Positions 29,975 through 39,514 of a stretch of 64,000 nt of DNA are shown piece after piece (position 1 is the stretch's first letter; every line of letters begins with the position of its first letter). The stretch lies in the NCBI GenBank assembly GCA_963708045.1, contig OY970181.1, positions 387,740 through 451,739 of the forward strand, written 5' to 3'. The position numbers were made by a program, and so were the translations under genes. The notes under the pieces are model-generated. The model did not search any database and was not told where the DNA came from. It worked only from the letters and a program-made list of their open reading frames with translations. The DNA comes from an uncultured bacterium (GTDB lineage Bacteria; Patescibacteriota; Patescibacteriia; CAIQCM01).

Positions 29975-30046
29975 GGGCACGTAGCTCAGCGGTAGAGCGG
30001 ACGTCTTATACACGTCTGGTCCTAGGTTCGATCCCTAGCGTGCCCA
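29975..30046 (+). tRNA. tRNA-Ile(UAU)
   Basis: acceptor gggcacg/cgtgccc; anticodon arm gacgt-ctTATac-acgtc; TTCGATC T-loop; discriminator A. Confidence 0.9.
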
Positions 30047-30073
30047 TATAAAAAGCAAAATTGAAAAAATTTA

Positions 30074-31144
30074 ATGAATAAAATATTGCTTTATGTTGCT
30101 GGCGGTTGCGCGTGCTTAGGGATAGGCGCGTATTTTTATAGTGTCTTGCCAGCGGCAAAGACCGTAGTGATTTTGGATAATAAACAAAACGATGTAAACC
30201 AATCGGTTGTTAAAAAAGAAGAAGCGCAATTGCCAAAAGAAGAGCCGATTATTTCAATAATTTTTGGCGGCGACATAATGCTGGGGCGGAGCGTGGCCGC
30301 GCAAATTAAAACCAATGGCACGGATTATCCTTTTGCAAAAATAAATAACACCATCGCGGCTGCGGATTTTGCGATCGCGAACCTAGAGGGACCGATTACG
30401 AAAATAAATAACGAACCAGCCAACCGAATGCGTTTTCATTTTGACCCATCGCTAGCGCAAGAGCTCGCGATGGTCGGCTTTGACGCTTTTTCGCTCGCCA
30501 ATAATCATGGTTTGGATCAAGGAAGCAAAGGACTTACTGATGACAAGAAAAATCTTGAGGCCGTTGGTCTAAAATATTTCGGCGATCCATCCGCAACCAA
30601 CGGAAGTGTTTATGAATTTACCGCGGCCGGAAAAAAGATCGCCGTCATTGGTTTTCAAATGGTTTACGGAAAACTCGATCCCAATGGATATGCCAAAGCG
30701 ATTGCCGACGCCAAAAAGAACGCCGATATTGTTATCGTAATGCCGCACTGGGGCATTGAATACGAACATACCGCGACAAAGTCGCAAAAAGATTTAGCGC
30801 GGCAATTTATTGACGCCGGCGCCGACATTATCGTCGGCTCGCATCCGCACGTTTTGGAAGGGATAGAAATATATAAAGACAAGCCGATTTTTTACTCGCT
30901 CGGCAATTTGGTTTTTGACCAATATTTTTCCGAAGAAACTCAAGAGGGGATGATGTTGCGTTTAAATTTATCGGCCAGCAAACAAACGATTGAACTTTTG
31001 CCATATAAAATTCCCCAAAGCCAGCCGGTTTTGGCCGAGGGCGAGGTAAAAGCCAAAATGCTTAACGACATCGCCTCGTGGTCGGCGGCGGAATTAAAAG
31101 AGCAAATAATTGCAGGGAGTATCGCCGTCATTCCAAGTCTGTAA
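30074..31144 (+). CDS. CapA/PgsA-family metallophosphoesterase
   Basis: GDIMLGR, NLEGP, LANNHGLD, PHWG.EY, GSHPHV, YSLGNLVFDQ. Confidence 0.92.
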   Translation: MNKILLYVAGGCACLGIGAYFYSVLPAAKTVVILDNKQNDVNQSVVKKEEAQLPKEEPIISIIFGGDIMLGRSVAAQIKTNGTDYPFAKINNTIAAADFAIANLEGPITKINNEPANRMRFHFDPSLAQELAMVGFDAFSLANNHGLDQGSKGLTDDKKNLEAVGLKYFGDPSATNGSVYEFTAAGKKIAVIGFQMVYGKLDPNGYAKAIADAKKNADIVIVMPHWGIEYEHTATKSQKDLARQFIDAGADIIVGSHPHVLEGIEIYKDKPIFYSLGNLVFDQYFSEETQEGMMLRLNLSASKQTIELLPYKIPQSQPVLAEGEVKAKMLNDIASWSAAELKEQIIAGSIAVIPSL

Positions 31145-31560
31145 AGTCGGTTAAGTCCAGACCTCTTGCCGTCATTCCGAGCTCGTAAGGTCGTTTTGTC
31201 CAGAGCGAGGAAGCATGGAGTATAATTAGAGACTTTGAGTTCCCTCATCGCTTCGGCGCTTCGGGATGACGCCACACACCCCTTCGTCGCTCCTACCCCC
31301 GCCGTCATTCCGAGTCCGTGCGGTCGGTGTGTCCAGGACGAGGAAACACGAAGCTTGATTTAAGACGTTGATAGTTACAATCTCCGTGCGAACTAAGACG
31401 CTTAGCGATCTCTCGCTTTGTATGGGATGACGCCATATACCTCGCTATCGCTTCTACCCCGCCGTCATTCCGAGCCTGTAAGGTCGTTTTGTCCAAGGCG
31501 AGGAAACACGAAGCTTGCTAGAGACTTTGAGTTCCCTCGTTACCACTCGGGATGACGCCG
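31122..31560 (+). repeat. tandem cluster of CGTC-tagged repeats (one partial copy plus copies C, D, E)
   Basis: full units at 31170-31271, 31303-31432 and 31463-31557; partial unit at 31122-31160; related linkers ending ctaccccgcc. Confidence 0.88.
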
Positions 31561-31621
31561 AGTGTGAGCTCTTGGCAAAAATAAATCTTTGGGTTATTAT
31601 GGCGTCTGCAAGCAAATATTA

Positions 31622-31698
31622 GGGCGGCTAGCTCAGTTGGTTAGAGCGTCACATTGACATTGTGAAGGTCAGAGGTTCGAACCCCTCTGCCGCCCACC
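31622..31698 (+). tRNA. tRNA-Val(GAC)
   Basis: anticodon arm tcaca-ttGACat-tgtga; TTCGAAC T-loop; encoded CCA. Confidence 0.96.
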
Positions 31699-31831
31699 AA
31701 AAACACCCAGTCCAAAACGACTAGGTGTTTTTGTATTTTATGTAAAGGTTTCGCCTCGACCAAACCGCCTTGACTTTTTGGCGATTTTTTGATAGAATAA
31801 TTTAATATTTTATAAAATAATTAGTAATTTT

Positions 31832-32806
31832 ATGAGATCAGCGGAACATTTTAGTCCGGTGGAGGGACGAGGAATTGAATCTGAACCAAACGACGTTGAA
31901 ACTAAAGAAAAGCCACGGAACATCACCTCGGTAATTGAATTACAAATTTTTAGGCATGGCGATAAAGAAAAAGATCCGACCAAGCCGGACGAAGAAATAT
32001 TGTTGACGGCGCCGGGTAGGTTGCAGGCAAAAAAGATTGGCGCGGCGCGGGCAGGCGAAAGGCTGGCGGGTGAAGGTCTTTCACAATCAGTCGCCAAAGG
32101 CAGTAATCGCAAACGTGCTCAGGAAACAGCGGCTTTGGTTATGGGCGGGGCCGAAGAAACAATAACCGGCGAGGAAACTTTTGATGAGCTCAGAAAAAAA
32201 TTAGACGAAGGAGTGAAATATGGCAGTAAGATAGGAACCGATAAACGGTTGAATTTTGAAATAGACGAAAAGTCTCCCTTTGGCGCCAAAGCAATGGAAG
32301 AATTTATGGCGGGAAGATATTTAAAATTTATTGTTGAAGAGAGCGACGCTCTAGCCGAGTCATTGCATGACGAAAAAGCCGAGCCCTATAGTAAGACTGC
32401 TAGCAAAATTGCCGAAGTGATTTATAAATATATTAGAACGGCGCCGCGCTGGGACAGACTTGTCCAAGACTCCGAAAAGGAATACGAAGACACGCTTAGG
32501 CGTTTTCTTGGCACGCACCAAGGAATCGGCGAATCTTTTTTAGCAAAGGTAATTGAATTAACCGAAGGTAAGAAAGAACGCGACGCGTTTGTTAATTCTT
32601 TGGCCGTTAAAAAGGGTGACAAAGAAATTAATAATGGCTTTGGTTTTGTAGAAGGCTTTAATGTGTACATAGAAACCGACGACGCTGGAAAGCGAACCGT
32701 GCGCGTTTCTTTTTTAAAAGAAAAAGACGGCGAAACAATATATAACTACGACGAGGTTGTGCCGGAAGAAATTATTCAAAAAATGATTTTGCCGGAAAAG
32801 AAATAG
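31832..32806 (+). CDS. histidine phosphatase superfamily-like protein
   Basis: IFRHGDK, LT..GRLQA, S.RKRAQETA, LGTHQG. Confidence 0.7.
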   Translation: MRSAEHFSPVEGRGIESEPNDVETKEKPRNITSVIELQIFRHGDKEKDPTKPDEEILLTAPGRLQAKKIGAARAGERLAGEGLSQSVAKGSNRKRAQETAALVMGGAEETITGEETFDELRKKLDEGVKYGSKIGTDKRLNFEIDEKSPFGAKAMEEFMAGRYLKFIVEESDALAESLHDEKAEPYSKTASKIAEVIYKYIRTAPRWDRLVQDSEKEYEDTLRRFLGTHQGIGESFLAKVIELTEGKKERDAFVNSLAVKKGDKEINNGFGFVEGFNVYIETDDAGKRTVRVSFLKEKDGETIYNYDEVVPEEIIQKMILPEKK

Positions 32807-33536
32807 AAATTAAAAAAGCCGTGGCGCGAAATCGCTCACGGCTTTTTTGGCGTCTTTACGCCAGCGAGAAACTAGGTGGAAGAAGCTACAATCGGTTTGC
32901 CTTGGGCAAGACCGAGGACTTCTCCATGGCGGGGTCGGAATCGGCAGAAAGTTAGATTTTCATCGCGTTCATCAAAATCAGCGTTGTGATGCTCTTCAGC
33001 GAGTTGCCATCTTGGCCGTCGGTGGTGCGTACCTGTACTGGAAGCGCGTTTTCCAACAAGCTTCCTTCGCTCACCAACGCGATGGCCAATTGGTTTCTCT
33101 TCATCGTACTCAACTATTGGCATACGGATACTCCTGCCTGGGTTTGGGGTTTTGCCGCAAAAGCGCGGCGGCTCTCTCACACAAAAGATAAGCTACCAAT
33201 AAGTGCTCTGACTGTCCAGACTAGTGCCGCGAACCGGCTGGCCGTCCGCGAAAGGTCGGCTGTCGGTTGTACGGTGGTTGTACTCGGTCGCTTCGGTTAA
33301 TGCTACCGCCGACGCTTTGGCGAGGGTGAGATGGCCACGGATCAGGCGATCGCGCGAAAACCAAGCCGTCGTCCGTGTCTGGCGGTGGTTCCATAGCACT
33401 GTGTGCAGCGCTTGCTCCAAATGTAATGTTCTTTGCTCTTCGCATGCTTCGGTTTCCTCCACGGGGTTGTTTTCTAACGGAGAAAAAGGACAAATCGCAG
33501 GATATCACTAATTATTCGGCGCGTCAAGATAGCACC

Positions 33537-34682
33537 TTAGCGCGCGGCGGCAATAGTGCTCCGGACGTGATCAACAATGTTTTTTTCCGCAGAAATTAGG
33601 TCGCTTGCCGGAAGCGAAAAACGCGCCAGTTTGTTGTTGCCGGTGGGAGAAAAAGGTGCGGCAAGGTGCATTGCGTTTTGTCCGCGTTCGGCGCCGATGA
33701 GCGCGGAAATTTTGCCGTCGTTTGCGGAATTTTCGTGGATGACGCAAACAATGTCGGCGTCGCTTGTTGAAGCAATTAACTCTTCAATTGCATTTGGAAG
33801 ATGTGACTCGTCGGCGCCGGCGTGAACAAAATCGGCGCGTGTTAAAACCGACCAAACAAAGCGGCTTTGCCGGTCTTGTTTAAGGCGGGCAAGGACGCGT
33901 CCCCAAAGACGGAGCGCTTCCACTGGTCGCATTCTAAAAAGATTTTCAATAATTTCGCCGCGGCGCGCGCCGGCACTAATCAGCCGTCCGGCCGTGTCCA
34001 AAGTTTTTGGCGTTACGGCGTTGGTGCGAAAACTTTTTGTTTTAGAAATTATGCCGGCGAGCAAAGTTGTCGCTGTCTCGGGATTCACCAGTTTCCAATC
34101 TAAGGCCGCGAAAAGATCGGCGACAATCTCGGCGGTCGCCGAAGCGCGAATGTCCACCAAATTTATTTGCCCAAACTGTTCGTTAGCTGGGTCGTGGTCA
34201 ATGTTTACAATCGGTGTTTCGTTTAAAAAAACGCGGTAGTCGTTTTTAATCGCGCCAAGCGAAGCAAGGTCGGGTGTGTCCACACAAACAATAAGATCGT
34301 GTTTCCATTCTTCGGTCGTGGCGGCAATATTTTCTGGGCCAATCAGACCGTTTTCCGTTTTTACGGAAATATGAATCGCGCCGTCCTTATGCGTATGCGT
34401 AAGGTCGTAGTCGGCGGGCGCGGCGTTGATTTTTAAATTAAGCAAACGCATTTCGCGTGGCTTGGGGAGAACGCTATTTTGTTTTTCCAAAAAATTATAC
34501 GAAGGGTGGGGGACAAAGTTATCGCAAATAATCTCGGCTGGTTTCCCAAGTGACGAGACAAGTTCGGCAACAGCAAGGGCGCTCCCGAGCGAATCGCCGT
34601 TCCAAGCCGAACGGAAAAATACCCCAACCGAACGGCTGCGTTTCACGGCTTCAAAAAATTGTTCGTAAGGCGCAAAGGCCAT
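33537..34682 (-). CDS. DHH/NrnA-family phosphoesterase-like protein with degenerate motifs
   Basis: GDSLGS, CVDT, NIDHDPANEQFGQINLVD, ATTLLAGIISKT.SF. Confidence 0.8.
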   Translation of the reverse strand: MAFAPYEQFFEAVKRSRSVGVFFRSAWNGDSLGSALAVAELVSSLGKPAEIICDNFVPHPSYNFLEKQNSVLPKPREMRLLNLKINAAPADYDLTHTHKDGAIHISVKTENGLIGPENIAATTEEWKHDLIVCVDTPDLASLGAIKNDYRVFLNETPIVNIDHDPANEQFGQINLVDIRASATAEIVADLFAALDWKLVNPETATTLLAGIISKTKSFRTNAVTPKTLDTAGRLISAGARRGEIIENLFRMRPVEALRLWGRVLARLKQDRQSRFVWSVLTRADFVHAGADESHLPNAIEELIASTSDADIVCVIHENSANDGKISALIGAERGQNAMHLAAPFSPTGNNKLARFSLPASDLISAEKNIVDHVRSTIAAAR

Positions 34683-34912
34683 ATAGCTCCCACCCTACTG
34701 TCTCGGTAGCCCCCGATTCAACTCATAAGGTAATGGGTTAGATTACGAAATATACGGCTTTTGGTCAAGACCTGTGCGAATGAACCATATACCATGAACC
34801 ATGAACAATACGTAAAAAATTACGAATCATTATCGGATGGTATATGGTTCATGGTGCGTGGTACATGTTTATTGTTTGATATTACCGCCCTGTTATGCTA
34901 AATTCCATAAAT

Positions 34913-37534
34913 ATGGAAGAAAAAAACGAACTGCCAAAAGCGTACGAAGCCGCTCTTTATGAGATCGGGCTTTATGAACAATGGGAAAAATCTGGCTATT
35001 TTAACCCGGATAATTTGCCGGGCGAGCGCCCGGAGGTATTTACGATTAGTATGCCTCCACCCAATCGTACGGGTACACTGCATATCGGTCATGCGACCGG
35101 TTTGACGCTTCAGGATTTAATGATTCGTTTTGAACGAATGCGCGGGAAGCGTACTTTGTGGGTTCCTGGCACTGATCATGCGTCAATTGCCACGTCAATT
35201 AAGGTTGAACAATTGCTTATTGAACGAGGAATGAAAGATCCGCGCAAAGAATTGGGCAAGGAAAAATTTGTTGCAGAGGTTCGCACCTTTGTTGATAAAT
35301 CCGGAAAACGAATGGAAGAACAGATGCGACGTATGGGCGCTTCTTGTGATTGGTCGCGCGAAGCCTATACCCTAGATGAGCCGCGAAACAAGACGGTCAA
35401 TGAAATGTTCAGAATGATGTACGAGGACGGAATTATTGAACGCGGATACCGCATAGTAAATTGGGATCCACAATTTCAAACAACACTCTCGGACGACGAA
35501 GTGTTGACCAAAGAAGTTAATGCGCGGCTCATTACCTTTAAATACGACGCTGATTTTCCGATTGCCATTTCCACCACCAGGCCGGAAACAAAATTTGGCG
35601 ATACAGCGGTCGCGGTGCATCCCGACGACGAACGATACAAACAATTTGTCGGCAAAATTTTTGAGCCGGTATTTTGTGGCAAGAAAATAAAAGTGAAGAT
35701 TATCGCCGATGCGGTAGTTGATCCGGCTTTTGGCACTGGGGCGTTGGGTGTCACACCGGCACATTCAATGATTGATGCGGAAATTGCTGAACGACACGTT
35801 TTGCCAACGGTTGTTGTGATTGGAAAAGACGCCAAGATGCTGCCGGAGGTGGGCGTTGATTTTACTGGTCTCACTGTTGTCGAGGCTCGTAAAAAAGTTG
35901 AAAAAACTTTGGAAGCCGCTGGCTTGCTTATTAAGGTAGAAGACGTTTCGCAAAATTTGCCGATTGCCGAACGCGGCGGCGCACCCGTTGAACAGATACC
36001 GATGAAACAATGGTGGATTCGTGTTAAAAAGCCGTTTGTTTTACGGCAAGATACTTTAGGTAAATGGAAAAAAGGGGAGAGTGCGACGCTTAAAGAATTA
36101 ATGACCGAAGCTGTTGCCGCGGGCGGAACAAAAATCGTTCCCGAACGATTTGAAAAAATTTATTTTCACTGGATCAACAATTTGCGCGACTGGTGCATCT
36201 CGCGGCAAATTTGGTTTGGACATCAAATCCCTATTTGGTATAAAAACGATGAAATAAAAATGTCGGCGGAAAACCCAGGCGAAGGATGGGAGCGCGACCC
36301 CGATACGTTAGACACCTGGTTCTCGGCTGGCACGTGGACATTTTCGTCATTGGGATGGCCGGAAAAGACTAAAGATTTGGAAACATATCATCCGACCACG
36401 GTTTTGGAAACGGGTTACGATATTATTTTTTTCTGGGTGGCAAGAATGATCCTCATGAGCACTTACGCGCTTGGAGAAGTACCGTTCAGATATACCTACC
36501 TGCACGGACTCGTACGCGACGAACAAGGGCGCAAAATGTCTAAGTCGCTTGGAAACGTGATTGATCCACTGGACGTCAGTGCGAAGTATGGCACCGATGC
36601 TGTGCGTCTTTCGCTTATTCTTGGCACCTCGCCCGGACAGGATATGAAAATGAGTGAAGAAAAAATCGCCGGCTTCCGGAACTTTACCAACAAACTTTGG
36701 AATATTGGCCGCTATGTGTCGCGCGCGGGAAACGAAAAGAAAGATTTGTCCATTACCGACAAATGGATTTTGTCGCGATTGGATAAAACTGTTACCGACG
36801 TCACCGAAAATCTTAGCGCCTTTAATTTTTCCAGAGCGGGTGAAATTTTACGCGACTTTGCTTGGACGGAATTTGCCGATTGGTATGTTGAGATTAATAA
36901 ACGCGAGGGTAACGACGCGGTACTTCGTGATGTGTTTATGACGCTTTTAAAACTTTGGCACCCATTTATGCCATACGTGACGGAAAAGCTTTGGAGCGAG
37001 CTCGGCGGCGAAGGAATGTTAATGATCGCCGAATGGCCAAAATCTTTGGCTCGCGCCGACGCTAATGCCGAAAAAATAATGTCCTCACTTCAAGAAGTTG
37101 TTTCCGCCATACGTTCCATCCGCGCTGAATATAAAGTAACGCCAGATAAATTAGTTGATGTTGTGGTTGAAGCTCCAATATACGCTGAAGAGTTTGTGTC
37201 GTTTGAGTCGGTCATTAAAACGCTTGGCCGCGTCGCTAATCTTAAAATCGCGGGCGAAATTGCAAGACCTGATCAGGCCGCGACTGTTACCGTTGGCACA
37301 AATACCGTTTCAATTCCACTTGCCGAATTGGTTGATCTCGGCAAAGAAAAAAAGCGGATTGAAGACGATATTGTTGCGACTAATAAATTTATCGCCTCCA
37401 TAGAAGCGCGCCTTGGCAATAATGAATTCGTCGGCAAAGCCCCAGTCAAAGTAGTGGAAGGGGAGAAGACTAAACTCGCCGAAGCCAAAGCCAAATTGGA
37501 AAAACTGGAAGCGCAACTTAAAGATTTGGGGTAG
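34913..37534 (+). CDS. valS: valine--tRNA ligase
   Basis: PPPN.TG.LHIGH, PGTDHASIAT, DWCISRQIWFGH, DTWFS, KMSKS, C-terminal coiled coil. Confidence 0.97.
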   Translation: MEEKNELPKAYEAALYEIGLYEQWEKSGYFNPDNLPGERPEVFTISMPPPNRTGTLHIGHATGLTLQDLMIRFERMRGKRTLWVPGTDHASIATSIKVEQLLIERGMKDPRKELGKEKFVAEVRTFVDKSGKRMEEQMRRMGASCDWSREAYTLDEPRNKTVNEMFRMMYEDGIIERGYRIVNWDPQFQTTLSDDEVLTKEVNARLITFKYDADFPIAISTTRPETKFGDTAVAVHPDDERYKQFVGKIFEPVFCGKKIKVKIIADAVVDPAFGTGALGVTPAHSMIDAEIAERHVLPTVVVIGKDAKMLPEVGVDFTGLTVVEARKKVEKTLEAAGLLIKVEDVSQNLPIAERGGAPVEQIPMKQWWIRVKKPFVLRQDTLGKWKKGESATLKELMTEAVAAGGTKIVPERFEKIYFHWINNLRDWCISRQIWFGHQIPIWYKNDEIKMSAENPGEGWERDPDTLDTWFSAGTWTFSSLGWPEKTKDLETYHPTTVLETGYDIIFFWVARMILMSTYALGEVPFRYTYLHGLVRDEQGRKMSKSLGNVIDPLDVSAKYGTDAVRLSLILGTSPGQDMKMSEEKIAGFRNFTNKLWNIGRYVSRAGNEKKDLSITDKWILSRLDKTVTDVTENLSAFNFSRAGEILRDFAWTEFADWYVEINKREGNDAVLRDVFMTLLKLWHPFMPYVTEKLWSELGGEGMLMIAEWPKSLARADANAEKIMSSLQEVVSAIRSIRAEYKVTPDKLVDVVVEAPIYAEEFVSFESVIKTLGRVANLKIAGEIARPDQAATVTVGTNTVSIPLAELVDLGKEKKRIEDDIVATNKFIASIEARLGNNEFVGKAPVKVVEGEKTKLAEAKAKLEKLEAQLKDLG

Positions 37535-37536
37535 TA

Positions 37537-38052
37537 ATGATTACGCCGGAACAACAAAAATGGATTGATCACTTGAGCGATACTAAAACCATTGTTGTTG
37601 TTCCATTTGATCCAACCTGCGAGGAAAAATATCAAAAAGTAAAAGACGATATCCAAAATTTGTTCGGCAAAGACCAGTCGGTTGTTCATTCTGGCGCGAG
37701 CGCGCTTAAAATTTCTGGTCAAGACGAGATTGATATATATGTACCGGTTCCACTTGCTTTCTTTGATGCTTCAATTGAGCGCATGAAGTTATTATACGGC
37801 GAACCGCACAGCCTTTACCCTGAAAAGCGCGCGCACTTTTTAACCGAGATTGGCGGAAAACATATTGACGTTTTTGTGATTAACGAAGACGATGATGGTT
37901 GGAAAGACAGCGTTGAATTTCATAAACGCTTATTGTCGCATCCGTCTGATCTGGAGCGATATCGGATCCTAAAAGAAAATAGTGCCGGTTTATCGGTTCG
38001 CGAGTATTATCGCAGAAAGACGGAATTTATAAATGAGATATTGAATAAATAA
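37537..38052 (+). CDS. GrpB-family (UPF0157) nucleotidyltransferase-like protein
   Basis: VVPFDP, HSGAS....GQDEIDI, Y..LK, YYRRKTEFI. Confidence 0.8.
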   Translation: MITPEQQKWIDHLSDTKTIVVVPFDPTCEEKYQKVKDDIQNLFGKDQSVVHSGASALKISGQDEIDIYVPVPLAFFDASIERMKLLYGEPHSLYPEKRAHFLTEIGGKHIDVFVINEDDDGWKDSVEFHKRLLSHPSDLERYRILKENSAGLSVREYYRRKTEFINEILNK

Positions 38053-38090
38053 CTGGACGCAAGGCACACAAAACGATAAAGTGACTAACT

Positions 38091-39275
38091 ATGGCGAAAA
38101 AAATTACTAGCGAACAAATCAAACAAATTTTCGGCCGCGGGGTGGCGGAAATAGTCGGCAGTGAACGCTTGTTTCAAGCTTTAGAAAAAGGTGAGACTTT
38201 GCGTTTTAAAATGGGAATGGATCCGACCTCGCCCGACATTCATATTGGACACGCTGTTGGTTTGAGGCTGTTGCGAAAACTTCAAGATCTTGGTCACGAG
38301 GTCGTGATTATCGTTGGCGACTACACCGCGCGGATTGGCGACCCTTCGGGACGTTCAAAAACCCGTCCGGCGCTGGATCCAAAGGCGATTGACGCGAACG
38401 CCAAAACTTACCTTAGCCAAGTCGGAAAAATTTTGGACGTAAAAAAGATTGAGCTGGTTAAAAATTCCAAATGGCTTTCAAAATTAACTTTCGCCGATCT
38501 TATAAAATACGCCGCGCATTTTACGGTTGCGCGAATTCTTGAACGCGACGATTTTTCAAAGCGCTTCAAAGCGGGAACGGAAATTTTTCTTCACGAAATG
38601 CTTTATCCGCTAATGCAGGCTTACGACTCGGTCGCGATAAAGGCGTCCGTAGAAGTCGGGGGAACGGATCAAACCTTTAATATGCTCGCTGGTCGCGAAC
38701 TCCAGAAAAAGCTCGGCCTTCCCGAACAGGCGGTTATCACCTGCCCTCTCCTTGTCGGGTTAGACGGCACAAACAAAATGTCCAAGTCACTTGGTAACTA
38801 CATTGGTGTTACCGAATCGGCCGAAAGTATGTATGGCAAAGTGATGAGTATACCCGATACGCTAATTGCTAATTATTTTGAATTGGCAACCGAAGTTACG
38901 GCCGAAGAAATTGCCAAGATAAAAAATGAAATGCTTACCGGTGCAAACCCGCGCGACATTAAAATGCGTTTAGCGCGGGAGATTGTGTCATTGTTTCACC
39001 CCAAAGGCGCGGCCGAGAAGGCGGAAGAAGCTTTTGTTAAAACTTTTCAAAAAAAAGAAACACCGGATGAGATAGAAGAAAAAAAGGTAAAAGCTGATAC
39101 GCTTCTTGATGTACTTGTTGAAGTTGGCTTTGCTTCGTCCAAAACCGACGCCCGCCGGACGGTTGAACAAGGTGGTGTTAAGGTAGATGGCGAAGTTACT
39201 AAAGATTTTTTAATGGAAATTAAAAAAGGCAGCTTGATTCAGAAAGGGAAAAGGTACTTTGTAAGAATCGTTTAA
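38091..39275 (+). CDS. tyrS: tyrosine--tRNA ligase
   Basis: GMDPTSPDIHIGH, IGDPSGRS.TR, YPLMQAYDS, GGTDQ.FN, KMSKS, S4 domain. Confidence 0.97.
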   Translation: MAKKITSEQIKQIFGRGVAEIVGSERLFQALEKGETLRFKMGMDPTSPDIHIGHAVGLRLLRKLQDLGHEVVIIVGDYTARIGDPSGRSKTRPALDPKAIDANAKTYLSQVGKILDVKKIELVKNSKWLSKLTFADLIKYAAHFTVARILERDDFSKRFKAGTEIFLHEMLYPLMQAYDSVAIKASVEVGGTDQTFNMLAGRELQKKLGLPEQAVITCPLLVGLDGTNKMSKSLGNYIGVTESAESMYGKVMSIPDTLIANYFELATEVTAEEIAKIKNEMLTGANPRDIKMRLAREIVSLFHPKGAAEKAEEAFVKTFQKKETPDEIEEKKVKADTLLDVLVEVGFASSKTDARRTVEQGGVKVDGEVTKDFLMEIKKGSLIQKGKRYFVRIV

Positions 39276-39280
39276 TTTTT

Positions 39281-39365
39281 TCCTCCCCTTAAGGTAAGGG
39301 GAGGTAGGAGGGGTTATGAAAGGATTATAACTCACCCTACCCGCTCTTACCTTACAGAGAGGGGA
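39281..39365. repeat. CCCC/GGGG-type REP-like palindrome pair
   Basis: cctccccttaaggtaaggggagg..., with an inverted partner ...cttaccttacagagagggg. Confidence 0.55.
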
Positions 39366-39374
39366 AAGAAATTC

Positions 39375-39474
39375 CGTCATCCCGAAACGCCGAAGCGGTG
39401 AGGGAACTCAAAGTCTCTAGCAAGCTTCGTGATTCCTTGCCTTTGACAAACGACCTTACGGGCTCGGAATGACG
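39375..39474 (-). repeat. CGTC-tagged palindromic repeat, copy F (inverted)
   Basis: reverse complement closely matches copies C and E. Confidence 0.88.
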
Positions 39475-39514
39475 GCGGATTAGAAATTAGATATTAGGTA
39501 TTAGGTATTCAAAA

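Noticed and set aside
31122-31560. CRISPR array
   Set aside because: Units are ~100-130-bp degenerate palindromes with related linkers, also dispersed singly elsewhere. There are no identical short repeats, unique spacers or cas genes.
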